IMG/VR virus record: IMGVR_UViG_3300017963_007659
Span: 32,001-96,000 of that record
Strand: one strand, 5' to 3'
Length of the DNA: 64,000 bases
From: a virus
Position numbers and translations under genes: made by a program. The notes beneath the pieces were generated by a model, which was given only the letters and a program-made list of their open reading frames with translations, ran no database searches and was not told the DNA's origin. Shown here in pieces: positions 38,440-48,152 of the stretch (positions are counted from its first letter, which is position 1; every line of letters begins with the position of its first letter).

Positions 38440-39990
38440 ATGGCTAGAACATTCATCCGACAAGACACACAAATCCGAAATTCGGACGTTTACGACGACA
38501 CCGTAGCTGCTGGCGTGACTATGGAGACTGCCCCAACAGAGGTTGAAGCAGATCTCAACGCGATCCGCTCGCAGTTGAAACGCCACACATGGGCAGACGC
38601 GGCTGGAAACTGGTATGATGACAACCAGACAGCGAACGCGAAAAAGAGAGGTATCGCAGCTCTGAACGTCGACCTTGACGACATCGAAGAGAAGCGCCTC
38701 CTCTTCCGTGCGCAGATCCTCACGGACATAGCAGTACCTGCTGCCCAAGCCTACGTAGTCCTCTCGGTCGCTGGCTCTGAAACGCCGTCTCAGGTCGGTG
38801 CTGTCGGTGCGGTCACCACAGAGGGTGCTGTCGTCGCGTTCGACGCTGGCTTCCCTGCTGCGTCTCTTGTAGAGGTAGCAGGCAGTGACGCCCTTCACCC
38901 CAAGAACCTCTTGGAAATTCGAGATGGCACGACAGGAGACCCGATTCTCTCCTCTGGTCGTACTATCTACGGTCTCCTCCAATGCGAAGCGAACGTAGAT
39001 GGGCAGACCTTCAACGATGTCGCTCAGCGTGTCCAGATCTCCTTCGTGCGTAACAACGCCACCGCAGACGACTTGGAGCAGTGCCCTGCTGGCGACATTG
39101 GTGGTCAGACGATCAACTACTCCTACGTCCGACGAGTCGCCTTCGACAACATCCCGGAAGATGCGTACCTCAGCGGAGCCTTCATCGATGACATCGCGGG
39201 AACTACTGCTACTCGTCAGACCGTCTACACCAACCAGGGTGCAACTCCGGTCGACGTGATCACCAACTCTATCCTCGACTTGGAAGGTGCTGGCCTGACA
39301 TGGGTCATCAGAGATGACGCAGAAGCAGTCCTCTTCCAAATCACAGAAGGTTCGGCGGGTGGTTCGAGTGAGGTCACAATCGGTCCCGACACGGACCTCT
39401 ACGACAACGATGCGATTGACGTCGACTTCGCTTCTGGTGTCCAAGTGGCTTCCGGAACGACTCAGATCGACATCGGTGTCAACGCGGGTCGTATCGAGAC
39501 CAACGGTGCAGCCGACCTGATTATCGACGGTACTCAAGAGCTGCGCTTCGACGATGGGAACCGCACAGGTTCAACATGGGCTGCTGACGTCAAGCTGACT
39601 GAGACGACGGCAGAATGGGACGCCTACGAAGTAGCCTTCGGTGGTGAAGTCTCGCTCTTCAACGCCATCGTGCAAGCGTCCAAGACTGGAACGAGACGAA
39701 CCAAGGTCTACGCCAACTGTACATCCACGACAGCCGCGAACAACGACGTTGGTGGTGTTGGTGGTGGCGCAAACCTCGACGCGCAGCTCCCTGACATGTC
39801 GGCAGGTGCCTTCCTGACGGACTATGACACCTATCTGAATGGTGAGCTTCTCCGTCCAGGCGCAGACGCTGCGGCAAACAACGACTACTACCCAGGAACC
39901 TCCTTGGTCAACGGGCAGCTCATGTTTGAGTTCTCCGTAAAGGTCAACGATGTTCTCTGCGTCATCGCCTACGATGCTGATGACGTCTAA
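38440..39990 (+). CDS. Fibre/decoration protein
   Basis: 516 aa; shares a ~50-aa module with 26566; C-terminal YLNGELLRPG...NDYY Ig-like module. Confidence 0.65.
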   Translation: MARTFIRQDTQIRNSDVYDDTVAAGVTMETAPTEVEADLNAIRSQLKRHTWADAAGNWYDDNQTANAKKRGIAALNVDLDDIEEKRLLFRAQILTDIAVPAAQAYVVLSVAGSETPSQVGAVGAVTTEGAVVAFDAGFPAASLVEVAGSDALHPKNLLEIRDGTTGDPILSSGRTIYGLLQCEANVDGQTFNDVAQRVQISFVRNNATADDLEQCPAGDIGGQTINYSYVRRVAFDNIPEDAYLSGAFIDDIAGTTATRQTVYTNQGATPVDVITNSILDLEGAGLTWVIRDDAEAVLFQITEGSAGGSSEVTIGPDTDLYDNDAIDVDFASGVQVASGTTQIDIGVNAGRIETNGAADLIIDGTQELRFDDGNRTGSTWAADVKLTETTAEWDAYEVAFGGEVSLFNAIVQASKTGTRRTKVYANCTSTTAANNDVGGVGGGANLDAQLPDMSAGAFLTDYDTYLNGELLRPGADAAANNDYYPGTSLVNGQLMFEFSVKVNDVLCVIAYDADDV

Positions 39991-40044
39991 ACTGTAACTT
40001 GAGCTAACTGTTCTTGAGAAACTGTAGTATTTAGGAGAACTTAG

Positions 40045-40818
40045 ATGACTTTAGCTAAAAACAAGATCAAACGTGAAGCCTTCAACGAAATTGGGAATCG
40101 TCTCGACGACCTTCTTGAAGGGTTGAAGGAAGCCAAACTGAAGGCTGAGGGAGCGGCTCTAGCTGTTGGAGGGCTCTCCCCAAAGATTCAGGCTCTTCAT
40201 GAGCACGTAGATAAGGATGTAGACGAAGGGGTCATAAAAGACCTCCAAGTAGCCAAACTTGTCAAGCTGTACATCACACGGTCGATGAACATCTGTGAAG
40301 AGTCAGCTCGGATGGCGCATGACGCGCACGTCAAACTGGAAGCTAAGTCTACAGGAATCAAGGCGAGCATCTTCGAGGTGAAGAAGCTGTTTGACAAGGA
40401 AGAAGCTGCCATACAACAGGCAATCTTCCTAGCCAAATGTGCTGAAGGCGCAGAAGGGGAACAGATTCTTGACCCAACAGCAGCGGAACCTCATCGACGA
40501 CAAACAGGGCAGAGACCCCTCCCTTCTATCAAAGCACGAAGACAGGCTGAAGAAATCAAAGCTCAAACAGAAGAAACTCAAGTACCTGAACTATCTGAGC
40601 CTGAGAACGTCGTGCCAACAGAGGAGAAGGAAGAAGTTCCGGCTCTTCCAACTCCAACTCCACAAGACCCGTTGACAGAGATCAAAGAATCTCAGAGAGC
40701 TGCTGTTCGAGCCGATGGGCGATACCAATGTGGAGGCTGTAAGCGACATTTCAAATCCTGGGATGACCTCATGGAGCACTGCACTCTTGAAGAGCATGTT
40801 CCCAGGTCCCCTGAATGA
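40045..40818 (+). CDS. Coiled-coil protein with a C-terminal C2H2-like zinc finger
   Basis: YQCGGCKRHFKSWDDLMEHCTLEEH; AGGAG SD. Confidence 0.7.
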   Translation: MTLAKNKIKREAFNEIGNRLDDLLEGLKEAKLKAEGAALAVGGLSPKIQALHEHVDKDVDEGVIKDLQVAKLVKLYITRSMNICEESARMAHDAHVKLEAKSTGIKASIFEVKKLFDKEEAAIQQAIFLAKCAEGAEGEQILDPTAAEPHRRQTGQRPLPSIKARRQAEEIKAQTEETQVPELSEPENVVPTEEKEEVPALPTPTPQDPLTEIKESQRAAVRADGRYQCGGCKRHFKSWDDLMEHCTLEEHVPRSPE

Positions 40819-40825
40819 TGATTAG

Positions 40826-41698
40826 ATGCCGCGAACGCTCCTAAGACAAGGGCAGCTTCAAGAAGACACCCTTACAGGCGCATCTCTCAACGATTCCGTT
40901 GGTCTTTACGACGAAACAGACACCTACATTGTCGGCGACCAAGTCTACTGGAATCATTACGTCTGGGAATGTGTGACAGCGGTTGGTACTGGAGCCGAAG
41001 AAGGCGACCTCACCAATGCTCCCGACGTATCTGCTAGCTGGCAGCGTGCTCCTCAGCAACCTGCCACCGTCAATACGGCTGCGGACTACGGAGCTGCTGA
41101 AACTTGGCTCTTCGACCACATCGAAGTCGACACCTCTGGCGGGAACCGTACTCTCACTCTACCTGTTCCAGCAACAATAGCTACCTGGCCTGAAGGACGT
41201 AGTTTCTTCATGTACAATACGGCAACGAACAATGCCATTCTGGACCCGAATGGCAACACCATCTCTGGAAGCACCGCGAACCTCACCATTACGACGGAGA
41301 ACGGATGGTTAGAGGTAGTTAAAGTAGATGATGAGCTAGTCCTCCGAAACTTCGGGTCAGGTCTCTCTGGAGACATTCCAGAAACAATCTGGACTCCTGC
41401 AAACAACCAAGCCGTAGCCGCTGACGTAACAGGTCTCGTCTTCAGTTCTGCCATTGTTCGTAGCTTTCGGGCACAAGTCAGTGTGTTCATCGATGCCACT
41501 GTAGATCTTGGAGAGGTATTCAATCTCTACGGGATGCAACGAGGGACTGGTTGGGACATGACTGTCACCTCAACAGGAGACTACTCAAATATCGAATTCA
41601 CCATCACCGCAGCAGGACAAGTCCAGTATACGAGCGCTAACGAAGCGGGCTGGACTTCGTCAACAGGTAGGTTCCGTGCCTGGACCACAAGTGTGTAA
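40826..41698 (+). CDS. Virion protein with a CBM5/12 (ChtBD3)-like module
   Basis: YDETDTYIVGDQVYWNHYVWEC...P..SASWQR matches the Y..GD.V.Y.G..Y pattern. Confidence 0.6.
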   Translation: MPRTLLRQGQLQEDTLTGASLNDSVGLYDETDTYIVGDQVYWNHYVWECVTAVGTGAEEGDLTNAPDVSASWQRAPQQPATVNTAADYGAAETWLFDHIEVDTSGGNRTLTLPVPATIATWPEGRSFFMYNTATNNAILDPNGNTISGSTANLTITTENGWLEVVKVDDELVLRNFGSGLSGDIPETIWTPANNQAVAADVTGLVFSSAIVRSFRAQVSVFIDATVDLGEVFNLYGMQRGTGWDMTVTSTGDYSNIEFTITAAGQVQYTSANEAGWTSSTGRFRAWTTSV

Positions 41699-41700
41699 TC

Positions 41701-43230
41701 ATGTCTACTTACAAGTTCAGAAATAGCCCTGAGATCCGCACGACAACCGGCTTGGACTTCGGCACACTCGTTCAGCAAGGAAACAGTCTCCTACACACCT
41801 ATGGTACAGCAAACTTATTCCTTGGAACCAATAGTGGGAACTATACCCTAACGGGAACAAACAACGTAGGTCAAGGACGTCAAGTTTGTAGTAACTTAAC
41901 TACAGGGTCCTACAATGTAGGTCTAGGAGACCAGGCACTACAAGAAACGCAGATAGGAACCGGAAATGTAGCGATGGGCGCGTATGCCCTTCAAGGAAAT
42001 TTTATTACCACGCCAACAGGGTCGTACAACGCGGTTGTTGGTACAGAATCTCTTCTTTTCTACACGTCTGCTAGTTATAACACTACGCTCGGATACCGAG
42101 CATTGTGCTACGGAACCACACCAACTGCTTGTGTTGCTATCGGAGGAAATTCAATGCGAGGAGATGGAGTAACTCCTCCGACAGGAAGCAACAATACAGG
42201 CATAGGTGCCGACACTTTATATAATCTGACAACCGGCTCCAAAAATGTAGCAGTAGGCTACTTCGCTATGAGGTCTATAGGAGGCGGCCTAGAAAATGTG
42301 GCAGTAGGTTCCAATGCACTTCAAGATACTACCGGAAATCGAAACGTCGGCGTAGGACAAGAGTCTCTCACCTTCAACCAAGGTGGCGCTCAAAATGTAG
42401 CTATAGGATACGTCTCCTTAGCTAACAACCGTTCTGGGGACGATAACGTAGCTGTAGGATTCGATACCATTCGATATTCACGAACAACAGATGGAAATAC
42501 AGCAGTAGGCACTTCTTCTCTTCGAGGAAATACAGGTACAATCCCCACAGGAGTACGAAACTGCGCTATGGGATTCAGTGCAGCAGAAGACTACACAACA
42601 GCATCAGACATGGTCGCTATCGGTCATAATTCTCTTCTATTGATAAACACTGGTAGTACAAATACGGCACTTGGTTCAGGATCAGGACACGACCTAGTCA
42701 CCGGGTCTGGAAATGTATTTTTAGGGTACCAAGCAGGATATTCTGAGACGGGATCGAACACACTGTATATCTCGAACTCGAATACAGCCACTCCCCTTAT
42801 CTACGGGAACTTCGCTACCCCAGCAGCTACGATCAATGGAGACCTGACAGTAACCGAAGAGTTCATCTTTGAGATGGGCGCAGACAACGCCTCGACAGGA
42901 ACGCTGAATGACGTATCTACAGCAGGTACTTCCTTCATGCGTTTCACGGGGGCTGGGACTGTCTACATCACAGGATTTGCGAATGGTGTAGACGGGAAGA
43001 CTCTAACTATCGTCAATCGCACAGGATATGACCTCACTTTGGAGAATGAGAATGCAGGATCTGTAGCCGCCAACCGTATTATCACAGGGAAGAGTGCCTC
43101 CATGGTCTTATTGAATGGGGCGGCTATTTCTTTACAGTATGATGCTACCACAGCACGTTGGAATGCTTGTGGGGATAGCAGTAGCGGAGAAAACATCAGC
43201 ATGAAGTCTCGAAGCTGGATGGGGTTCTAG
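41701..43230 (+). CDS. Tail fibre with YadA/Hep-Hag head repeats
   Basis: About 20 N.A.G..AL repeats; shares H.YGT..F.G and N.L.I.NSN..TPLI.G.F with 11978. Confidence 0.75.
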   Translation: MSTYKFRNSPEIRTTTGLDFGTLVQQGNSLLHTYGTANLFLGTNSGNYTLTGTNNVGQGRQVCSNLTTGSYNVGLGDQALQETQIGTGNVAMGAYALQGNFITTPTGSYNAVVGTESLLFYTSASYNTTLGYRALCYGTTPTACVAIGGNSMRGDGVTPPTGSNNTGIGADTLYNLTTGSKNVAVGYFAMRSIGGGLENVAVGSNALQDTTGNRNVGVGQESLTFNQGGAQNVAIGYVSLANNRSGDDNVAVGFDTIRYSRTTDGNTAVGTSSLRGNTGTIPTGVRNCAMGFSAAEDYTTASDMVAIGHNSLLLINTGSTNTALGSGSGHDLVTGSGNVFLGYQAGYSETGSNTLYISNSNTATPLIYGNFATPAATINGDLTVTEEFIFEMGADNASTGTLNDVSTAGTSFMRFTGAGTVYITGFANGVDGKTLTIVNRTGYDLTLENENAGSVAANRIITGKSASMVLLNGAAISLQYDATTARWNACGDSSSGENISMKSRSWMGF

Positions 43231-43231
43231 T

Positions 43232-44065
43232 ATGGTTGCTTGGGTTTTAGGGGCAGTAAATGAATCCCTTGAAGTTGTTCTTGGAGGAGCCGTCACGACG
43301 AACGAGCTTCAATGTGTAGCTCACTACGCTGACGAGACAGGTACAGCGTTCACGGAAGACAGCAATCAAGTCAATACCAGTGGAACAACCCCAGTCACTC
43401 TTGTAGCAGCTCCTGCTGCTAACACACGCCGTCTAATCAGTGATTTTTCCATTCACAATCGTGATACGTCAGACCAGACCATTACCGTGCAACTTAATAT
43501 TGGAGGTACAACCTACATCATCTATAAGTCTGATTTGGTGGTAGATTCTACTCTACGTTTGGACGGAAGTACGATTGGAGGCCAAGCCTTCAGCTCGAAA
43601 TATCCACCCTCAGCTACTGACCCAGCAACTCCCCCTCCTGTTGAAGGAGATATCTACTACAATACTGTACTAGATATGATCATGATGTGGGATGGAACCA
43701 GGTCGAAATGGCTCTCTATAGAGTCGAGTGTCATACAATTTGGTGGAGCAGGAATCACAGCTACTGGGTCATACTACTCAGGAACGGACGGACTAGTACT
43801 CTCCGCTACAAATGGGTACACCGCTCACTTCAATGGAACCATCGTATCATTTGGTTATACTCGTGACGACACAGATGCGATGACCTTCGATATCGTAGAA
43901 AGTGGTACATCTCGTGCTACAGTAGCCTCAGCAGCCGTGGCTGGACAAGCTACCAACCTTGACGGTAACTTCACCCAAGGGGGTGTTCTAGCAGTAACCA
44001 ATCAGGCTGGAGGAAATGCCACAACGAATGCAACTGGTTGGGTACGCGTCAAGTGGAGGATTTAG
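43232..44065 (+). CDS. Virion fibre-associated protein
   Basis: 277 aa; Mtd_N-like PP.EGDIYYNT..MMWDG. Confidence 0.6.
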   Translation: MVAWVLGAVNESLEVVLGGAVTTNELQCVAHYADETGTAFTEDSNQVNTSGTTPVTLVAAPAANTRRLISDFSIHNRDTSDQTITVQLNIGGTTYIIYKSDLVVDSTLRLDGSTIGGQAFSSKYPPSATDPATPPPVEGDIYYNTVLDMIMMWDGTRSKWLSIESSVIQFGGAGITATGSYYSGTDGLVLSATNGYTAHFNGTIVSFGYTRDDTDAMTFDIVESGTSRATVASAAVAGQATNLDGNFTQGGVLAVTNQAGGNATTNATGWVRVKWRI

Positions 44066-44068
44066 TCA

Positions 44069-46465
44069 ATGGCTACTACAGTAATTGCCAAGAATCAAAC
44101 GGCATTTGATATACCAGTCAAAAGGCTCAAAGCAACCAATGGCGTTATCCCTGGGTCTGGTCAGGAGACCATATCTGACTACAATACGATCCAAGAGATT
44201 CAACGCTCAGATGAGCTATTTACATCTATAAATAGTGGTTCTATCCTCCTGTCTGTAGACGCTATAGACCTAACACAAGCAGAGTCTCTTACCTTTTTGA
44301 ATGAAGGAGAGAAGAACACTGTCACCATAGTTGGTACTGGTACCAGTTTCTTCAAGGAGAAGGTTGGAACGGACATCCGCCTCAAAAGCCTCCTATCGTC
44401 GTCAAGTCTCGTAACACTAACTGGAAATACAAATGATATAGATATTGGTCTTGATAGTTCTGTTGTGCTTGAAAGTGAGCTGGACAACATCCCAGGAGCT
44501 GTCAATGGTGTTGTCCTCCTAGACACATCAGCTGGGACACGCATTTCTTATGCTTCCATAACTCTAGCTCTTGCTGCCGCTTCAGCAGGGGATGTAGTTA
44601 TTTGTGGTCCAGGAACCTACGCAGAGAGCTTCACAGTTCCTGCTGGAGTTACTGTCCTTGGGCAGAGTGGGTCTAGAGTAACAAAGATCACGGGAACCCT
44701 TGCTACAGGGACACGGGTGGCTCTCAATAATGGGGCAGTACTCCGTGGCTTTCAAATAACGCTTCCCACCGATGCAACCTACGCCATTGAATATGCTGGG
44801 GCAGCACCCTCCTTAGCAGTAAGCCGTGACATTGTCTTCATTGGCTCAGGAGGGTCAGGCAAGTGCTATGGACAAACAGGGTCTGGGTCGTCAGAGATCA
44901 TGGATTCCTTTATTCAACAGGGCTCCATGGCGTGTGTCTTTGAAGTTACAAATGGAGAACTGTTTGTAAGGTCTACACTAATATCAAAGTATGTTACTGC
45001 CATAACAGACGCTGTTCTTGTGTCTGGAGGGCTGTTCGCCTTTGATGGGATGGTACTTAGAGGAGCAGGAATTACAGACGGAATTAGCTGTGGAGCAGGA
45101 CAAGTCATAGGTACTGTGGCTGAATTCCAAGACCTCACTGGAAGTGCGCTACACATCACTAGTGGGAGTGCTGACGTGCAAATTCGCAACTTACGTTGCG
45201 CTGGATGCGGACTAGACCTAGAAGTAGATGCTGCTGCCAGTTCCTGTACGGTACACCTCAGTGGCGCTGAGATGCTGGAAGCTAATATCTCTGCGGATGA
45301 CAACTTTCACGCCAACGCAGACCACTTCCTAGCGTTTCAAGATGAGACCATAGGAGATGCTTCCTTTAAAGTATGGGGAAAGCTGAGCGTTGGATCGCAA
45401 AACCACGGCACATATTCCTACTTCGGGCAAGGTGGCCAGAATACTGCTAATATATACTGCTTCAGAAACACAAATCTTGAAATAGGTACATGGTCTGATG
45501 TCACTACCATACTAAAGTCAGAATCTTCGTCCACCACTGCTATATTTACTGGAGTAACCGCAGGAAATTGCTTCTATTTTGGAAATGATCGTCCCTTCAC
45601 TGGTTCCTATCTGAATATAACAACAGCAGGTGTAGCAGGTACTGGGGTGGCTATTTTTGAATATTGGAATGGGTCTGCCTGGACTTCCGCTGCTATAATG
45701 GCTACTGATGATGGAAGTCCTCATAATCAATATGGGTCAAATATAGCTGGAATAGTTGGAGAATACCAGCTACGGGCTGGACCTTTACCTGGATGGACGA
45801 CCAAATCCCTGAATGGAACAACAGCCTATTGGGTACGCTACCGCCTGGTAACAGCATACACATCAAGTCCTATTCTTGAACAGATGAAGGCAACCGTCAA
45901 CTCTATAAGAATAGGACCACATGGATTCCTAGAGTATTTTGGAGAGAGTCGTCCTCGCCGTAGTATGCTTTGGCACCTTGGGCTGCTAGAAGACAGAACA
46001 GGATGGTCCCCGGTAGACGAAAACATTGACTTCTCAACAAATGTTCAAGTAGGGTTAGTCGATAATGAGTTTGCTAATGGTACCATAGATGGTCGAGCTG
46101 GTATTGTTGACATTCCTTTTGGATTGGATACCTCCTACCCCCTTACACTAACTATAAAATGGATGAAAACTGCTGCTGGATCTGGGGATGTTGAGCTGGA
46201 ACTTGCTTACTCGAAAGCAGCGGATGAAAACGTATTCGATGGCACACTATCTGAAACAATCCTCACAGACATCACGAATGTGACGGGCGACGCTCAGTAC
46301 TACTCATACACGACCTCCTTCACCATACCCGTGTATGATATGATACCAGGATATCTTTTGGGTATATCCATTTTTAGGGACGCATCTGGCGGAAACTTGG
46401 ACGACACCTTTGCTGACGGTATAGCATTGCTTTCAACAACACTAAAAGGATACTTCTGGAGCTAA
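44069..46465 (+). CDS. Tailspike-like protein with a pectin-lyase-like beta-helix
   Basis: YASITLALAAASAGDVVICGPGTYAESFTVPAGVTVLG is a beta-helix start; 798 aa. Confidence 0.7.
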   Translation: MATTVIAKNQTAFDIPVKRLKATNGVIPGSGQETISDYNTIQEIQRSDELFTSINSGSILLSVDAIDLTQAESLTFLNEGEKNTVTIVGTGTSFFKEKVGTDIRLKSLLSSSSLVTLTGNTNDIDIGLDSSVVLESELDNIPGAVNGVVLLDTSAGTRISYASITLALAAASAGDVVICGPGTYAESFTVPAGVTVLGQSGSRVTKITGTLATGTRVALNNGAVLRGFQITLPTDATYAIEYAGAAPSLAVSRDIVFIGSGGSGKCYGQTGSGSSEIMDSFIQQGSMACVFEVTNGELFVRSTLISKYVTAITDAVLVSGGLFAFDGMVLRGAGITDGISCGAGQVIGTVAEFQDLTGSALHITSGSADVQIRNLRCAGCGLDLEVDAAASSCTVHLSGAEMLEANISADDNFHANADHFLAFQDETIGDASFKVWGKLSVGSQNHGTYSYFGQGGQNTANIYCFRNTNLEIGTWSDVTTILKSESSSTTAIFTGVTAGNCFYFGNDRPFTGSYLNITTAGVAGTGVAIFEYWNGSAWTSAAIMATDDGSPHNQYGSNIAGIVGEYQLRAGPLPGWTTKSLNGTTAYWVRYRLVTAYTSSPILEQMKATVNSIRIGPHGFLEYFGESRPRRSMLWHLGLLEDRTGWSPVDENIDFSTNVQVGLVDNEFANGTIDGRAGIVDIPFGLDTSYPLTLTIKWMKTAAGSGDVELELAYSKAADENVFDGTLSETILTDITNVTGDAQYYSYTTSFTIPVYDMIPGYLLGISIFRDASGGNLDDTFADGIALLSTTLKGYFWS

Positions 46466-46467
46466 CT

Positions 46468-47451
46468 ATGACAACAGCCTACCTCGACATAGACAACAAC
46501 GTCATAGGAGTCAGTAGTGTTTTCCGTCCACTGGAGATAGCTCAAGACGTAAATCCTAGTATCGTAACTGTGGTTGAAAATGCCCCAGATAACGTAGTCG
46601 TCAAAGGAAAACGTGGAGCTGTACTGTACCACAAGCTTACAGCAGGTAATGGTACAGATATTTCTCATTATACGGAAGTCACCGATCTCGATGACTACAA
46701 GAATAATCGTATCCAAGAAATCAAGATGAACACGCAAACGTTAGAGAGTCTTGGCTTCCTATATGATGAGAGAACTTTCTCTATGGATACAACCTTTGCT
46801 TTTGTGTATAGCAGCCTACTTCTTCTGGATGAAAAGAAGGCTATAACTTATCCATTTCCAATACAATGCCTGAATAGTACCACCTACTATGTCACGGATA
46901 GAAGTTCCCTACGAGAGTTAGTAGCCTCAACCGCAGCCGCCATCTTAGAACTTCAAGAATCAGAAAGCCAGCTAAAGTTGGATATCCTGGCTGCTTCAAC
47001 CAAAGAAGAGATTGACGGTATAGTTGACAACAGAACACAACTGGGCAGCCCAAATACACAAATCGTCTCTATCGCGGACTTTACTGCTAAGGGCAGCTAC
47101 GAAGCAGAGGACCAACAGCAGACTAGCACGACGTCAAAAGTTCCTCGTGTACGTTTGGTCCTCACTGCCAACGAGGTACAAGAAAACAGCGTATGGGATT
47201 TAGACTGGTCATTCGAGTACCGATCGTCAACCTCTAATGCCACAGCCTATAGCTCCGTAGAGGCTGATGGAAGTGAAATAGCTAGGGACCATACCGACGG
47301 TGAAGAGTGGACGAGCAGTGTTGGGAAAAAAAAGCTTACTTTGACCGAGGGTAGCCACACCTTCAATATCTCTTACTGGTCGAGTTCAAAGAAGTACGCA
47401 GCAACGATCCGGCGCTTACATATCAAACTAACACGGCGGAATGAGGTATAG
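46468..47451 (+). CDS. DUF4376-like tail-fibre chaperone domain fused to a beta-sandwich
   Basis: YKNNRIQEIK...GFLYDERTFSMD...E..LK..I.AA.T.EEIDGI fits DUF4376; directly after the tailspike gene. Confidence 0.6.
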   Translation: MTTAYLDIDNNVIGVSSVFRPLEIAQDVNPSIVTVVENAPDNVVVKGKRGAVLYHKLTAGNGTDISHYTEVTDLDDYKNNRIQEIKMNTQTLESLGFLYDERTFSMDTTFAFVYSSLLLLDEKKAITYPFPIQCLNSTTYYVTDRSSLRELVASTAAAILELQESESQLKLDILAASTKEEIDGIVDNRTQLGSPNTQIVSIADFTAKGSYEAEDQQQTSTTSKVPRVRLVLTANEVQENSVWDLDWSFEYRSSTSNATAYSSVEADGSEIARDHTDGEEWTSSVGKKKLTLTEGSHTFNISYWSSSKKYAATIRRLHIKLTRRNEV

Positions 47452-47453
47452 GC

Positions 47454-48143
47454 ATGGCGTCTACAAATTATCCCAAGAACATCAACGTAGCCAACTTTGC
47501 CAATGGTATTGTAGATGCGGGGCGTCTCAGCTTCGATATTGAAAATTACATCAGGTCTTCGGATCAGCTCTCTATCACTATTGTCCTAGACTCTGTAGAC
47601 ATTGTGGTCAATGAAGAGAGTGATGACATTTGCAATATCTGGTTCAAGGCAGACTTAAGCACTGATGAACAGTCTATGTTGGACGCTATCTGTCTTGCAC
47701 ACACAGGAGACGCTCTTCCAGCAGAGGTCACATCAGTCACCCTTGAGCCTACGGGATCGAATCTCAAAGACCTTCAAGCTGTTGGGGTTAACTTTGAAGC
47801 TGACTTGAATACGTCAACTGAACACCTTGTTGGGTTTGCTGAGACAAGAGAAGTTCAGGGTGTTAGTGTAGAGCTTAAGAATCATATTGCTGGTTTTAAC
47901 AAGGATTCGATGGAGATCGCAATTGTGGCTCCAGATGGGGTAGGAGGATGGGTAGCGGTTCGACATCTTGTTAGAGGAGAGGAGAATTACAAATCTCCTG
48001 TACCACCTTCAGGGATTACACATGTTGTCGCTGAGGGAACAGCAGCCATGCCGACGATGTTGCGAATCCGAGTTATCTACCACTCCACTGCTACCACTGG
48101 GGAAAAGCCCTACATCTATCTCCTATTCCGAACCTGGAAGTAG
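47454..48143 (+). CDS. Virion-associated hypothetical protein
   Basis: 229 aa; I.I.F...LS..E...LDAI..AH motif seen in phage structural proteins. Confidence 0.55.
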   Translation: MASTNYPKNINVANFANGIVDAGRLSFDIENYIRSSDQLSITIVLDSVDIVVNEESDDICNIWFKADLSTDEQSMLDAICLAHTGDALPAEVTSVTLEPTGSNLKDLQAVGVNFEADLNTSTEHLVGFAETREVQGVSVELKNHIAGFNKDSMEIAIVAPDGVGGWVAVRHLVRGEENYKSPVPPSGITHVVAEGTAAMPTMLRIRVIYHSTATTGEKPYIYLLFRTWK

Positions 48144-48152
48144 AGACATGTC

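Noticed and set aside
38401-39537. Long antisense ORFs (for example 38401..39537, 1196..2236, 28105..28773, 58875..59459, 55326..55928)
   Set aside because: They lie opposite well-supported genes, lack SDs and motifs, and have the V/D/R-rich composition typical of shadows of codon-biased genes
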